Counted from the stretch's first letter, positions 21,059 through 32,176 are shown. The stretch is 64,000 nucleotides of DNA from an uncultured virus (IMG/VR IMGVR_UViG_3300030372_004205) (IMGVR_UViG_3300030372_004205:1-64000); one strand, 5' to 3'. Numbers and translations are program-made. The notes: generated by a model not told the origin, from the sequence alone.

Positions 21059-21892
21059 TTAACTTACCTTTTTCTCAATAGCTGTCAAGACTTCCATTCC
21101 TTCATCTGTTTTAAACCAAGCAGCTAATGCTGAATATGGATGTTCATCAAATGGAACTGTCATTAGTTTTTGACCAGAACTAGCATAAGTAAAGTGTCTA
21201 TTATCACTACTTAATTTAAGTATTCCAAGCTCAACACATTTAATTCCAACGTTTCTCAAGTATAAGTTTTCGTCATTAATCAATCCCATTATCATTCCAG
21301 GTTGATTTTTTGCTAAAACTAATAAATCTCTCTTAATCTCTTTTGAAGACATTTTAGAAACACCTGATCCCTGTTCTGCTCTCAATACCGCTTCAGCCAT
21401 ACCTATATCTAACCCGTTAACAGCGTTCATTGCCTCTAATTCCAATTCAATCCAATCAACTTCTTGTTTTGCATCCTTTTTAGGATTGTACTCAAAATAT
21501 GAAATATCTTTTTTTGGATGATATAGAGAAAGTAATTTCTGCATATTAACTTTATTTTTAGGAACTCTTAATTCTCCATCTCTAAAAATAATATGCTCTA
21601 ATCTTTTAACACCTTTCATCTCATCCACAAATAAACTTTTTTGATTAGCTGTTAGTGTCATTTCTCTTTCATAACCAGCTTCTTCATCAAACCATAATAA
21701 ACGTGCGCTCTTCATTATATATGAAACAGGCTGTTGGCCATTCATTAAATAATAAACTCTATCTCTTATTTCCCATTTATCTTTTGGGGTAGATTTTTTT
21801 GTAGTTTTTGGAATATCAGCTGTTTGAATTTCTTCTACGAACGTATCTTGCTGTTGCGTCTCTGTGGACGCTGATTGTTTTTTCTTTGCCAT
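21059..21892 (-). CDS. Conserved capsid-module protein downstream of the major capsid gene
   Basis: 277 aa, IIFRDGELRVP motif; synteny with crAss-like capsid modules. Confidence 0.55.
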   Translation of the reverse strand: MAKKKQSASTETQQQDTFVEEIQTADIPKTTKKSTPKDKWEIRDRVYYLMNGQQPVSYIMKSARLLWFDEEAGYEREMTLTANQKSLFVDEMKGVKRLEHIIFRDGELRVPKNKVNMQKLLSLYHPKKDISYFEYNPKKDAKQEVDWIELELEAMNAVNGLDIGMAEAVLRAEQGSGVSKMSSKEIKRDLLVLAKNQPGMIMGLINDENLYLRNVGIKCVELGILKLSSDNRHFTYASSGQKLMTVPFDEHPYSALAAWFKTDEGMEVLTAIEKKVS

Positions 21893-21914
21893 AATATAAA
21901 ATATAATAAAAATT

Positions 21915-21960
21915 AATAAATAAAAGATAAGAGGAGCGACTTGCGCTCCCCTAATCTTAA
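21915..21960 (-). terminator. Intrinsic terminator after the capsid gene
   Basis: AAGATTAGGGGAGCG-CAAGT-CGCTCCTCTTATCTT then TTATTTATT. Confidence 0.7.
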
Positions 21961-21968
21961 GTAAGGTA

Positions 21969-23435
21969 TTATCCTTTGATTAAACAGAAGTTGTTAGCAC
22001 CTTGTACTATTAAACATCTTTCTGTTAAGAAGTGCATCTCCATCGCATCTAAGTCAGATGTAGCTGCTCCAACTGAACCAGTTGTCCATGTTTTAAATCT
22101 TCGATCATCAGTTTGCGATGCTCTATATCTAACATGTAAAAATGGTCTCTTTAAGTTTCTACCTAACATTTGGTCATAAACTGAAGTTACTCCAGCAGGA
22201 ACAAAACAACCTCTAATAACGTTTGTGTTATCAGCAACTGTTATAGCTCCTCTTGTTTGGCTATCATTTAAGTATTTCCAATCAGATTTGTAGAAGTCAT
22301 AAGAACCTCTTCTAAATCCTGAGAAACCTAAATTTAATGCCATGTCTTCAGAGTTGTCAAATACACCATAAGATGTACCACCAGCGCCATAAGAATTTTG
22401 CTCAGCTAACATATCATCTATTGCTAGAGACGTGTCTCTATTTAAGAACATCATATATTCCTCAATAGCACCTTGCTTATCAAATTCTTTTAGGATTAAG
22501 TCAAACTCATTCATGTTATCCACAGCTGGCGTACCACTACTAGAATCAAGACCGTCAGTCATAATTCCTCTGTCTACAATAGCAGCAAATAAACCTTCAC
22601 TACCAGCAATACCAGCAGCTACAGTGTTTGTTTCGTTCATTGTTTGAGCTTCAATCATTGCCATTTCGCAGTAATCAGCAAATCTAGTTTTTGTATCACC
22701 AGCAGCTTTTAAATACCATAAGTAACCATTTTGTCCATCTTCACCTGAAACTTCAACCCAACCAATTTGAGAAGCATCTGATCCAGAGACCATGTACTTA
22801 TCTTTCATGATTAGCATCTTGTTAAAGAATGATTTGAACTGTGGTTGAACAGAATCTGCTCTACCTGTATCACCTTTTTTGTATTCAGAACCAACTACTA
22901 TTACCACTAAGTCCGTATTTATACCTTGACCATTGGTAAAACCAAAAGCCTCACCTAAACCTTCTGCAGCAACTCCACCGTAAGGTATAAGATGTGCTTC
23001 ACCAGCTGTTGCTACGTCAGCGACGTAAGCTGGTACAGTTTTGTTTTTTGCAGCGCAAGATACTAACACCATATCTCCAACTCTCAACGCGTGAGTTCCT
23101 AGGCCATCAACCTCTGAGTTCGCAGCGCTATCACCAGCTTCAGCTGCCACAACATTTGCTTTCAGTTGACATGTGTATTTTAAGTGTAACCTGCCTTGTT
23201 CAGACCATGCTACTCTATCTGCAGTTGAAGGCTCTTCAGCCCCAACCATTTCAAGAAACCCTGAAACTGTTCTATTACCAAACACTTCGGCTTCTTTTTC
23301 CATTAAATCGGGTAAAAATTGTTGTGCCCACGCATTACCACTTGCCGAGAAATCTATATAGTTTCCATCGGTAACTGATTTTTGTTTAATTGGGTTAGGC
23401 ACACTATTAATATTACCCCCTGTACTAATTGCCAT
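21969..23435 (-). CDS. Major capsid protein
   Basis: 488 aa; WSEQGRLH, GSEGLFAAI..RG and LNLGFSGF motifs; follows portal and scaffold and has its own terminator. Confidence 0.85.
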   Translation of the reverse strand: MAISTGGNINSVPNPIKQKSVTDGNYIDFSASGNAWAQQFLPDLMEKEAEVFGNRTVSGFLEMVGAEEPSTADRVAWSEQGRLHLKYTCQLKANVVAAEAGDSAANSEVDGLGTHALRVGDMVLVSCAAKNKTVPAYVADVATAGEAHLIPYGGVAAEGLGEAFGFTNGQGINTDLVVIVVGSEYKKGDTGRADSVQPQFKSFFNKMLIMKDKYMVSGSDASQIGWVEVSGEDGQNGYLWYLKAAGDTKTRFADYCEMAMIEAQTMNETNTVAAGIAGSEGLFAAIVDRGIMTDGLDSSSGTPAVDNMNEFDLILKEFDKQGAIEEYMMFLNRDTSLAIDDMLAEQNSYGAGGTSYGVFDNSEDMALNLGFSGFRRGSYDFYKSDWKYLNDSQTRGAITVADNTNVIRGCFVPAGVTSVYDQMLGRNLKRPFLHVRYRASQTDDRRFKTWTTGSVGAATSDLDAMEMHFLTERCLIVQGANNFCLIKG

Positions 23436-23454
23436 ATCTAATTATTTTAAATTG

Positions 23455-24639
23455 TTATTTTCTTTTTTTAATTCTTAACTTTAGATCATCAGAGGTATTA
23501 CCTAAAACCTTATATGTAACTCCGCCAACATTTGTTTCACCGTGAGTTTGTCTTGGATCTAGGTTTATATTTTTATCTTTAGCAACCTGTCCTTTGATTG
23601 CATCAGCTTTACCTTGCTCATAAAAGTGCTTGGCAACAGCATCCGCATTCATAGCAGTAAATAAAGACTTATGGTAACCAGCGGCATCGCTAATGGTTCT
23701 TTTATCTTCTCCAACAAACTTGTTTACGAAGTTATTTAAATCACTTTGGGTTTCCTTTACTTTATTTGCATCCTTAACATTAAACCGAAATTTCTTGTCT
23801 CCAACTTGATAATCAAAACCTTTGAAATTCTTGTTGAAAACACTATCAGTTTTTTGTCTAAAAGATTTAGTAGTAGCTTCAGTTAATTTTTTTTGTCTCT
23901 CTTGATCTTTATTGTGTCTATTGAAAAAATCCATAGCTTTTTTAGCCTCAGGTGTTAACCTTGAACCAGCTTTGATATCTTCATAGTATTTAGACTTTTG
24001 CCCGTCTAAGTGGGCTCTAGCCTCGGCAACTTGCTCTTTGAGGGCTATCTTTTTTTTCTTTATATCATTAGCATCATCCTCGTCTTCATTATAACCATAT
24101 CTTTCTTGTAATATAAAGTTTCTTTCTTCTGGATTTAAATGAGGTTTTGTAGTTCTATAGTACTCATCTAATACCTCAGAGTCATCTAATTTAGATATAT
24201 CTCTGTTTAAATTTACGTAGTCTTGCAAATCTCCACCTGTTTCCTCCATGAATTCTACAACTTTTTGTAGCTTTTCTGGTAAAGGATTTCCTGTTTCTTC
24301 GGCTTCAGTTATTGCCTCTTGAATTTGCTCTTGAACCTCTTCGACCTCTTCATCAGTAACCTCTTGTACAACTGGAACTTCTTCTGCTACAGCTTTTTCT
24401 ACCGACTCGACAACCTCTTCTGTTTTAGGTTCCTCATTGACTACGACCACCTCGTCTTCTTTAGCGGGTTCTTCTTCAACCTCTTCGCTTTTTTTAACTG
24501 GTGGTTTACTTAAATCTACCTTTATAACGCTATCATCTCCAGCGCTTTCAAATTTAGATTCATCTATATTGTTTTCAACAACCTCTTTTTTAGGTTGTTC
24601 GACTGCTTCCTTAACAGTCTCTTTTTTTTCTTTTGCCAT
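23455..24639 (-). CDS. Putative scaffolding protein
   Basis: Very acidic N-terminal half, coiled coil, HFYEQGKADA; between portal and capsid genes. Confidence 0.7.
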   Translation of the reverse strand: MAKEKKETVKEAVEQPKKEVVENNIDESKFESAGDDSVIKVDLSKPPVKKSEEVEEEPAKEDEVVVVNEEPKTEEVVESVEKAVAEEVPVVQEVTDEEVEEVQEQIQEAITEAEETGNPLPEKLQKVVEFMEETGGDLQDYVNLNRDISKLDDSEVLDEYYRTTKPHLNPEERNFILQERYGYNEDEDDANDIKKKKIALKEQVAEARAHLDGQKSKYYEDIKAGSRLTPEAKKAMDFFNRHNKDQERQKKLTEATTKSFRQKTDSVFNKNFKGFDYQVGDKKFRFNVKDANKVKETQSDLNNFVNKFVGEDKRTISDAAGYHKSLFTAMNADAVAKHFYEQGKADAIKGQVAKDKNINLDPRQTHGETNVGGVTYKVLGNTSDDLKLRIKKRK

Positions 24640-24673
24640 AATAAAATTTTATAAAATATTAAAAATTAAGAGA

Positions 24674-27052
24674 TTACCGCTTTATGTTGGCATCCCCCGT
24701 AATTATATCATTACCTGATGATTCAAAGCTTTTAAGTGAATCATCCTCTCTTTTTTGCTCCATTAAGTCTTTTTGATGGTTAGCTTGTCTATCAACCCTT
24801 TGATCTTTTCTATCTTCTTTCATTGCCTCTCTAGAACTATTATTCTGTATTTCCAAAGTTTTTATTTGAGAATTAAGATCAAATTCATACTTCATTAATT
24901 CTTTTTTAACAAGTGCTTCTTGTCTCAAGTATTGTATTCTTAAACTATTCTTAGTAGATTCTAGTTCTATTTCGGATTGAACTTTCTGATCATTCTTTTC
25001 CATTTCAGATTGAGCTGCAGCTTGCTGAGCTTGTATATTCGCGTTAGATTGAACTTGTATATTTTGCTGTTGTATCTGCTGATCTCTTTGCATCTTCTTT
25101 TTCCTCTTAACTTTAAGAAGTTGATTTGCTAATTTAACATTTCTAACATTACGTAAATCTATAGCATCATCTAAATCTATAGATTGTTGAGCTAGTGCAG
25201 CTTGAATATTATTTTCCAGTATAGCTTTTTCCTCCTCATCGGGAAGTAATTCTATGAATATACCAAAATCATGTAAGTGTAATTCTTTTAGTTCTTCTAA
25301 CGTTGCTACGTTATGAGCGCCAATAGCTCTTATAAACGCATCTTTTGTGGGTGAGTATTCCACTATATCTGCTATACGTAAAGACAAACACTCCGCAGCT
25401 TGTGCTGTTAAAAATAAAGATGATTGCAGTATATGTCTAGTTGCTGTATTTGAATTGGCAGCTGCTATTTTTTGAACACCCACCAAAGCGTTTCTATCTG
25501 GTGTACTAGCGTCTCTAGCTTCGTTTAACCCCGTTACATCTCTTATCATTTGTAAGTAGTAGTTGTAAGTTGTAATTAAACTTTGTATTTTATTACTACC
25601 AGCTCCGCTTTGAATTTGTTGAATCGGTACTTTACCTGGATTCATATCACCTTCTGAGGTAAAACTTCTACCGATAACAGAACCAGTTTGGAAGAACATG
25701 TTTAAAGCTTCTTGTGGATTATAGTTTGTTCCATTACCAAGATCAACTTCAGCTAAACCATCAGCATCTAAGTAAACTCCATCTGGTACCATTCTTGATA
25801 GAACCTGTTGCAATTTTAAATGCGTTAATTGAATCATGTCAGCAAAACCAGTTATTCTACTAACTACAGATTCAATTTTACCGTTATACATTCTAGGTGC
25901 AACCATCTGGTAGTTCATTTTTACTCGACTAAAATCAGATTCCGATCTCATCATATTAGGTGCCATTCTCCATCTTAACAACTTATCTGTTCCAAGAACA
26001 TAAACACCTTCATATAAACACTCTATAACTCTTTCTAATTTACTAAATTCACCTTCCATTTCAGGTGGTGGATTAAATGATTCATCTTTTTCAATAACCT
26101 TTTCAGCTCCAGTGCCTGTCTTTTTTAGTTTGTAAACATTATTTGAATGAGTTTTATAGTTAAAATACATAACGTGTATTTTATTTTTATCTCTACTAGC
26201 TCTTGGGCTTGCTGGATCACTAGATGTGTTGGTTATGGATTTTATATCCTCCTCACTTAACTCAGGGAATTCTTTCACTAATTCATTTATTGGAATTTCT
26301 TTAACCTCACCAATATAATATATATCGTCAAAATAAGGAGATTCAGTGTACGAATACACTAGGTTTGCAGGATCAACATATTGAACTCTAGCTCCGTCAC
26401 TCCAATCAAACGTGGTTTTTGTAGCACCTATACCTATAGTACACAGGTCGTATAGACATCTTCTTCTAATTAAGTCATAATCACTACCTTCTAATAAAAC
26501 GTTTAAAGCTTGCTCCTCCGCTAATTCCACCGCTTGCTTGTATGTTAGTTGCATGTGTAATGCTAACTCTTCTTCTGTGTCTGGTAAAACCTCTCTATCG
26601 TTTTCATATAAATCTACTCCAAATTGTGCCTTAGCTAATTCATTATACTGTTTAGCCCTAATATCTCTAAGCATAGATTCCATATACTCAGTTCTCTGAC
26701 TAACTCCATATGCATCTTGAGAAAAGCAATTTATTTCGTATGATCTTTGAGCCATACCATTTACCACTATGTCTACAAATTTTGGAACAATTGGAACTGG
26801 TTTCCAATCTAAATTAAGATAAGACAAGTCACCATTTATAGATAACTCGTTTTTATATTTTTGAATAGGTTGTTCACCTCTAGCATACAACCTTAATTTA
26901 TGAAAATTATTTATATTACCAGTAAACTTAGATGTAGCACCAGAAAACCACTCGTGCTTTATAGCTCTAGCAACCTCTAAACCGTACTTCTCGCTAAGTT
27001 TTTCTAAATCACTAACCGCTTGTGACGGAAAATTTATAACAGACTCTGCCAT
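24674..27052 (-). CDS. Portal protein
   Basis: 792 aa after the terminase; PIVPKFVDIVV, YIGEVKEIPINEL, C-terminal Gln-rich coiled coil. Confidence 0.85.
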   Translation of the reverse strand: MAESVINFPSQAVSDLEKLSEKYGLEVARAIKHEWFSGATSKFTGNINNFHKLRLYARGEQPIQKYKNELSINGDLSYLNLDWKPVPIVPKFVDIVVNGMAQRSYEINCFSQDAYGVSQRTEYMESMLRDIRAKQYNELAKAQFGVDLYENDREVLPDTEEELALHMQLTYKQAVELAEEQALNVLLEGSDYDLIRRRCLYDLCTIGIGATKTTFDWSDGARVQYVDPANLVYSYTESPYFDDIYYIGEVKEIPINELVKEFPELSEEDIKSITNTSSDPASPRASRDKNKIHVMYFNYKTHSNNVYKLKKTGTGAEKVIEKDESFNPPPEMEGEFSKLERVIECLYEGVYVLGTDKLLRWRMAPNMMRSESDFSRVKMNYQMVAPRMYNGKIESVVSRITGFADMIQLTHLKLQQVLSRMVPDGVYLDADGLAEVDLGNGTNYNPQEALNMFFQTGSVIGRSFTSEGDMNPGKVPIQQIQSGAGSNKIQSLITTYNYYLQMIRDVTGLNEARDASTPDRNALVGVQKIAAANSNTATRHILQSSLFLTAQAAECLSLRIADIVEYSPTKDAFIRAIGAHNVATLEELKELHLHDFGIFIELLPDEEEKAILENNIQAALAQQSIDLDDAIDLRNVRNVKLANQLLKVKRKKKMQRDQQIQQQNIQVQSNANIQAQQAAAQSEMEKNDQKVQSEIELESTKNSLRIQYLRQEALVKKELMKYEFDLNSQIKTLEIQNNSSREAMKEDRKDQRVDRQANHQKDLMEQKREDDSLKSFESSGNDIITGDANIKR

Positions 27053-27053
27053 A

Positions 27054-29282
27054 TTATTGTTTTATTATTGTTGATTGAAATCCTTTATTACTATATTTTG
27101 ATATCTTTAGGTTTAACGGTGTTTTAGTTTTATCTGGATTTGGTTTGTATAAATGCCTATTGCAAGCCATTATCGCTAATCCAGAACTTATTGAAGCATC
27201 ATGCTTTGTTCTTTTATTTATGTCAAACTTTGACCAATCATTCAGAGTGTCATTAAAGTACATGTTACCATATGATCCATCTTGTACTAATCCAACATGA
27301 TCGTTTATATACATTTCAATAGCAGCTGCATGAGCTTGTTTTATATCTTCACTTGAGTTAGGTATTCCACCTACCTCCTTTTCTGCTATTGATAATTTAT
27401 TCCAAACCTTATCTGGTCTATTCATACTAAAAGCTCTATAACCTCTTCTTCTTAAATAGTATAACAACCTAGGTTTATTATTCTCTGCTAGTAGCGGCAT
27501 TCCGTAAAATACTAATGCCATTAATACATCTTCAAAAAATATCTCAGCTGTTTGAGGTCTAGCTATATATTCTAAAAAGAATGTGTTAGCTGGAGCATCT
27601 TCCATTGAAAACTTAGTTAATCCATGTAAAGCTCCTTTCGATCCTCTAGCATCCACTGTTCCAGATATATCATATGAATCACAACCGAATGAACCCATAT
27701 GTTCGTTACCTGGATGTTTTACGCCATTTTTTAAAATAACGTTATTTTGTAATCTTTGCCCTGGTATCCAACTTACTTTAAATCTACCATTTGGATCTGG
27801 ATTAAATGTTACTTGAGTATCTTTAATACCATTAATCCACTGAAAATTTCCATGCGTTAGTACAGATGAATTTCTATTACCCTCGTTATAATCTATTTGT
27901 TCATATATTTTAACTAAGTTAAATAAACTATTACCAGTCTCATCTCTAAAAGCATGTTCCTCTGTTCTTGGAAATTGACGATAAAATTCATTTAAAGCAT
28001 CTTGATCATCTTTTAATCCCTCAGCTTCATTATCCCAGTGATCTATAACTCCGCAATCTATTTCTAATCCATGTGGATCAAGTGCTGGTTCTTTCGGAGT
28101 ATTGAATACAGGTTGTCCGAATTCATCAATGAATCCCTCGTAATTCCATTCCATAGGAATAAACAAAGAATATAACCCTGACTTAGTCTGTCCATTTCTG
28201 TTTCGCTTGGTAACATCTGAATCATAGTATAGATTTTTAAAATTATCTCCACCCTTATCTAATGCATTACTTGTTGATCCCATCATGCATTTACCTATAA
28301 TCCTACTACCTAGTCGTAAACAAGTTTTTGTAACTCTCCAGTTATTTTTTATATTATCAGGTCTCTCCCATTTACCACTCTCATCATGTACTAATAAAGA
28401 AAGCTTTTCTCCATCATAACTATTGTCACCTGTGTTTTTCCAATCAATAGTTGTATCTAAACCCTCCATATCATCTTGTTCCTCTCGTTCTCTCATTTTT
28501 TTACGAGTAAACTTCTTCGCTGGAACTCTATATGCTAGTTCTGATTTTGGACGATCCATACCATCTTGTATTGGTTTAAAGAAAAACGGGTAGTTTAAAC
28601 TAATTGGAACAACTTTGTCTGTAAACATCTTCTTAGCATCGGCACCTGTTTTAGATAGTATACCAAACCTACTATCACTTGCTAATGTAGCTTGATGAAC
28701 CGTTTCAGCTGAACTCATAAAAGAAAAACCAGAACGTCTATTTTTTAAATAACACATTCCATAACTTCTTTTGTCTGCTTTACAAGCTTCCCAGAATATA
28801 AAGAATAATCTATTTGCTTCTCTAAAATCCGGAGCACCAACATCAATCTTACTCCATTGTAGATACATGTAGTGTGTGCCAGTTATATAGGTTGGTTTAC
28901 CATTATTCATAAACCAAAATCCCTCTTCTCTTCTTCTAAACTCTTCATCTATGTATCCATAATGTTTTTCTTTAAAATCATCTGGATAATCTTGCCAATC
29001 AAATACTGTTTTTATTCTTTTAAAATCTGGGTTAGCAGGGAATTGTCTCCATTTCTGCTCTTCTTTGTTTTTGCTACAAGAATATACTTTTTGAGGTTGT
29101 TTTGGTAAAGCTATTTTAAAACCCTGTATTTCAAGGATTTCACCTATCATACCGGTTTTAGATATTACAACAATATCATTTTCTTTATTGTAACCATATT
29201 CCCACTTTTTAGACTTGTTAAGTCTTTTTATAGTGTTTGATTTTACGGGTTCTACAACCTTATATAACGTCTGTTGATACAT
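27054..29282 (-). CDS. terL: Terminase large subunit
   Basis: 742 aa; Walker A-like KNRRSGFS, Walker B LLVHDESGK, coupling motif GST, nuclease GCDSYD and HD. Confidence 0.9.
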   Translation of the reverse strand: MYQQTLYKVVEPVKSNTIKRLNKSKKWEYGYNKENDIVVISKTGMIGEILEIQGFKIALPKQPQKVYSCSKNKEEQKWRQFPANPDFKRIKTVFDWQDYPDDFKEKHYGYIDEEFRRREEGFWFMNNGKPTYITGTHYMYLQWSKIDVGAPDFREANRLFFIFWEACKADKRSYGMCYLKNRRSGFSFMSSAETVHQATLASDSRFGILSKTGADAKKMFTDKVVPISLNYPFFFKPIQDGMDRPKSELAYRVPAKKFTRKKMREREEQDDMEGLDTTIDWKNTGDNSYDGEKLSLLVHDESGKWERPDNIKNNWRVTKTCLRLGSRIIGKCMMGSTSNALDKGGDNFKNLYYDSDVTKRNRNGQTKSGLYSLFIPMEWNYEGFIDEFGQPVFNTPKEPALDPHGLEIDCGVIDHWDNEAEGLKDDQDALNEFYRQFPRTEEHAFRDETGNSLFNLVKIYEQIDYNEGNRNSSVLTHGNFQWINGIKDTQVTFNPDPNGRFKVSWIPGQRLQNNVILKNGVKHPGNEHMGSFGCDSYDISGTVDARGSKGALHGLTKFSMEDAPANTFFLEYIARPQTAEIFFEDVLMALVFYGMPLLAENNKPRLLYYLRRRGYRAFSMNRPDKVWNKLSIAEKEVGGIPNSSEDIKQAHAAAIEMYINDHVGLVQDGSYGNMYFNDTLNDWSKFDINKRTKHDASISSGLAIMACNRHLYKPNPDKTKTPLNLKISKYSNKGFQSTIIKQ

Positions 29283-29557
29283 TACTTAGATCTTCCTTCT
29301 GCAAATCCTTTAAAAGTATTCTTCTTTTCTTCTTCTATAGGTTTACCCTCCAACATACTATCTTCTTCGTGGATTCTGTTTAATATTTCAAAAGCATCGA
29401 ATATGGCTAACTTCTTTGTAGCCGCTGCATTCTTTAGTCTATCAGCTGATATATCTTCGTCTGAATCGACTATTTCTTCTCTAGCTACCTTAATTAGTTC
29501 TTCAACCGCTTTGTGTCCAGCTTGGATTATATTCTTCTTCGTTTCCTTGATATTCAT
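29282..29557 (-). CDS. Putative terminase small subunit
   Basis: 91 aa helical protein abutting terL; ends GFAEGRSK. Confidence 0.5.
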   Translation of the reverse strand: MNIKETKKNIIQAGHKAVEELIKVAREEIVDSDEDISADRLKNAAATKKLAIFDAFEILNRIHEEDSMLEGKPIEEEKKNTFKGFAEGRSK

Positions 29558-30095
29558 ATTTAATTGTAATATATTTATTCATAACTCTATATAACCTCTC
29601 TCCATCAACCATAAATTCAAATTCATCACCTGGAGAAAAACCAACTAGAGTACTTCTTTCAAAAGAACCGTCACTATATTTCACAACACCTATCAATGGT
29701 CTTTCTACTTCATCACTTAAAACATCTATTGATTTTAGTGGTTTAACAAAACTAAATCCCGGTGTAGACACCCACTCCCCCATTTTAGATTTATAAAGAA
29801 ATATTTGATCACCTGTGACAAAGTATTTATTATCTTTAAAAAAACATCTACTGTTTTTCTCCCTACCTTTCATATCATGCCATCTTCTAAAGACGTTGTG
29901 ATGCACTATTACTTCATCACCCACATTTAAAGGTGATTGAAATAATAGTGGAGTAGCGATTACTTTTGCTAATCTATTTATATATTGGTGATTAAAAACC
30001 TCTGTATTTAATATCAACTCTTTTTCACCAACTTTTGTAGAATTATTATAACGTTCACCAATAGGTGATATTATAAAATCTTTATAAGCTCTCAT
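29502..30095 (-). CDS. GroES-like fold protein
   Basis: AKVIATP...VGDEVIVHHNVF plus a second GVVKY...VGF...EF.VDGERLYRV unit. Confidence 0.5.
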   Translation of the reverse strand: MRAYKDFIISPIGERYNNSTKVGEKELILNTEVFNHQYINRLAKVIATPLLFQSPLNVGDEVIVHHNVFRRWHDMKGREKNSRCFFKDNKYFVTGDQIFLYKSKMGEWVSTPGFSFVKPLKSIDVLSDEVERPLIGVVKYSDGSFERSTLVGFSPGDEFEFMVDGERLYRVMNKYITIKYEYQGNEEEYNPSWTQSG

Positions 30096-30325
30096 TAGTA
30101 TTCTAGATTATACTCAACTGATATAGCCATGTTTTTGTTAAAATCCTTCCAAGGTATAACTATATCTTCTTTTTTTATATAAATAGAATACTTATCTTCT
30201 CCCTCCATTATATCACTTATAGTGTGACCTCCATAAACCTCTTGACCAACGGCATAATGCATAGAATCATGTTTATAATCCTTACCTATGGTAATTTTCC
30301 TTATAACACTATTTTGTATCCCCAT
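30095..30325 (-). CDS. Hypothetical protein (IRKITIG.DYK..SMHY.VGQ)
   Basis: Tightly packed ORF in the late operon. Confidence 0.7.
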   Translation of the reverse strand: MGIQNSVIRKITIGKDYKHDSMHYAVGQEVYGGHTISDIMEGEDKYSIYIKKEDIVIPWKDFNKNMAISVEYNLEY

Positions 30326-30590
30326 TTTCACTAGGCCAATTTATTGTACCATCTAATAGATTAACGTCAAAAGTACCATACTCTTTAACAAGAGTTTGCT
30401 GCATTAATGCTATCTTGTCTTGTGCTGCCGCTAAATCATGAAGCGCAGCGTGCTTCTGAGCTTCTATTTTACCTACGTTAAACTGTAATGTGTTAACTGA
30501 ATTTACTATAGATTGAAGACTTTCTAAATGTTCTTTAGATATTTTTTCTTTTCTAGCCTTCAACTCTATTGTTTTTGATTTTTTTCCCAT
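30309..30590 (-). CDS. Coiled-coil hypothetical protein
   Basis: 93 aa, ends KEYGTFDVNLLDGTI. Confidence 0.7.
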   Translation of the reverse strand: MGKKSKTIELKARKEKISKEHLESLQSIVNSVNTLQFNVGKIEAQKHAALHDLAAAQDKIALMQQTLVKEYGTFDVNLLDGTINWPSENGDTK

Positions 30591-30610
30591 TATATTATAT
30601 TAAATTAAAA

Positions 30611-31033
30611 TTATTTTCCTTGTTGTCCCTCGTTCTTCTTTGACGATCCGCCAAAAAAGAAATCAACAACCGTATTAACCTTAGCGCTCATCGCACCAAA
30701 TATTGTAGAGATAAAACTTATCTCAAATTCTCCTAGTTCTAGATCACCCATCACAAAGTATCTAAACATCATAAAGCTTAAACCGAAGTACGCGAGTGTA
30801 AATAGCGATGCAAGTACCTTTTGAATAAGTGCATCGTCTTTGTACATATCTCTAGCGCTCTTCCTGTCTTCGACTTCTTTTGCGAATGCTTCTCTTTCAG
30901 CTTCGAGTAGCAACGTTTTAAGAGCGAGTTTTGCTTCATCTCTTTCTTTGTCTGTTGTAATAACTTTATCAAGTATACCTTCTGCATTATCTACTACTTT
31001 GCTGAATAAACCACCTACTAATTTTCCTATCAT
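30611..31033 (-). CDS. Putative holin (GTA 3TM-holin-like)
   Basis: ILDKVITTDKER...EDRKSAR followed by two transmembrane helices and FFFGGSS. Confidence 0.6.
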   Translation of the reverse strand: MIGKLVGGLFSKVVDNAEGILDKVITTDKERDEAKLALKTLLLEAEREAFAKEVEDRKSARDMYKDDALIQKVLASLFTLAYFGLSFMMFRYFVMGDLELGEFEISFISTIFGAMSAKVNTVVDFFFGGSSKKNEGQQGK

Positions 31034-31470
31034 CTTTCATTATCTTTTATCATATCATCGATAGACTTATTCATTACCTTATCGGTGTATGATTTGTTAT
31101 TAAAAAACACACTCTTTTCTGATGTAGGTATATCTTCCTCTCCTAATAATATCCGATATATTCTACTAATTAAGTGTGAGCATTTAAAAGAGGTTTTGAA
31201 TACAGAGTATTTGATGGTTGTTCTATTTCTGTGTCTCCACGTTTCTATCCAACCATTCCTCTTTAGTTTCTCCCAACGGTTCTTATCCCAACTCATGGTA
31301 TATGTTCCGTCGATAAATTCATTTCTTGTGAAACGTCCCTTGCAATCTAAATATATTAAGAGTTCAAGGTCTGCGTCTGTTAAACCATAAGTCTTACAGG
31401 CCCATTTTCTAACGAGCCTGTAATACTTAAGGATTTGTAAATCACGAAGATCGTGACTAGTTAACTTCAT
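31030..31470 (-). CDS. Winged-helix (MarR-like) DNA-binding protein
   Basis: YGLTDADLELLIYL...EKLKRNGWIE pattern. Confidence 0.55.
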   Translation of the reverse strand: MKLTSHDLRDLQILKYYRLVRKWACKTYGLTDADLELLIYLDCKGRFTRNEFIDGTYTMSWDKNRWEKLKRNGWIETWRHRNRTTIKYSVFKTSFKCSHLISRIYRILLGEEDIPTSEKSVFFNNKSYTDKVMNKSIDDMIKDNER

Positions 31471-31796
31471 TACGAAGTAGCATAGTCAACAGTAATCGTG
31501 TTTACAGCTGTAGCTTCTGCTACGTAAACTCCATCGATATCATCAGCGATAACAACAACTCTACCTTTTCTACCAACACTAGCGTTAGCAATAGCAGTTG
31601 AGATGTTCTTAACTAGTATAGCTGATTTATCATTAGCACAGTCAAGTTTCACCTTGTTAACAGCAGCTTCACTAGAAATACCGTTATCAAAATACAACAT
31701 CACAAAGTCATTATCAGCATCAATACAGTTTAACCAAGACGCAGGAACGCACACAGCATCCTCTGCAGTCTTTCTAAAATATAACATTGTTTCCAT
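31470..31796 (-). CDS. Small putative virion protein
   Basis: 108 aa, directly downstream of a late-type promoter; MLYF...VVIADD. Confidence 0.55.
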   Translation of the reverse strand: METMLYFRKTAEDAVCVPASWLNCIDADNDFVMLYFDNGISSEAAVNKVKLDCANDKSAILVKNISTAIANASVGRKGRVVVIADDIDGVYVAEATAVNTITVDYATS

Positions 31797-31890
31797 ATTG
31801 TTTATAATTTTAAGATTAATAATTCAGTTCGTTTTAGATTTTACGTTTATTGTTTATAGTTTTATGGTTTATGTTTAATCTACAATAATA

Positions 31891-31919
31891 GATATTACAT
31901 ACTTTTAGTAAATAGTAAC
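31891..31919 (-). promoter_or_regulatory. Putative late promoter GTTACT-N14-TGTAATATC
   Basis: Recurring motif, in the gap after groES. Confidence 0.45.
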
Positions 31920-32176
31920 TATTCAACCAGCACTATGTCTCTCATGCGTATTACTCTATACATGCTGTCATTATAAGCTATATCGTGACCAGCGTGTCTA
32001 TCATAATATATTACATCGTCCTTTTTAACAACTAACACATCATTTCCAACAGATATAACATTTGCTTTTTTATACCTATTCTCCTCATCAACCTTATCTG
32101 TCAGTATTAATCCCCCAACTTTTTTTGGCCCTTCTTTTATTTTATCTACTATTACGTATTCGTTAATTGCTTGCAT
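31919..32176 (-). CDS. groES: Co-chaperonin GroES
   Basis: 85 aa; GGLIL mobile loop, VISVG, next to groEL. Confidence 0.85.
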   Translation of the reverse strand: MQAINEYVIVDKIKEGPKKVGGLILTDKVDEENRYKKANVISVGNDVLVVKKDDVIYYDRHAGHDIAYNDSMYRVIRMRDIVLVE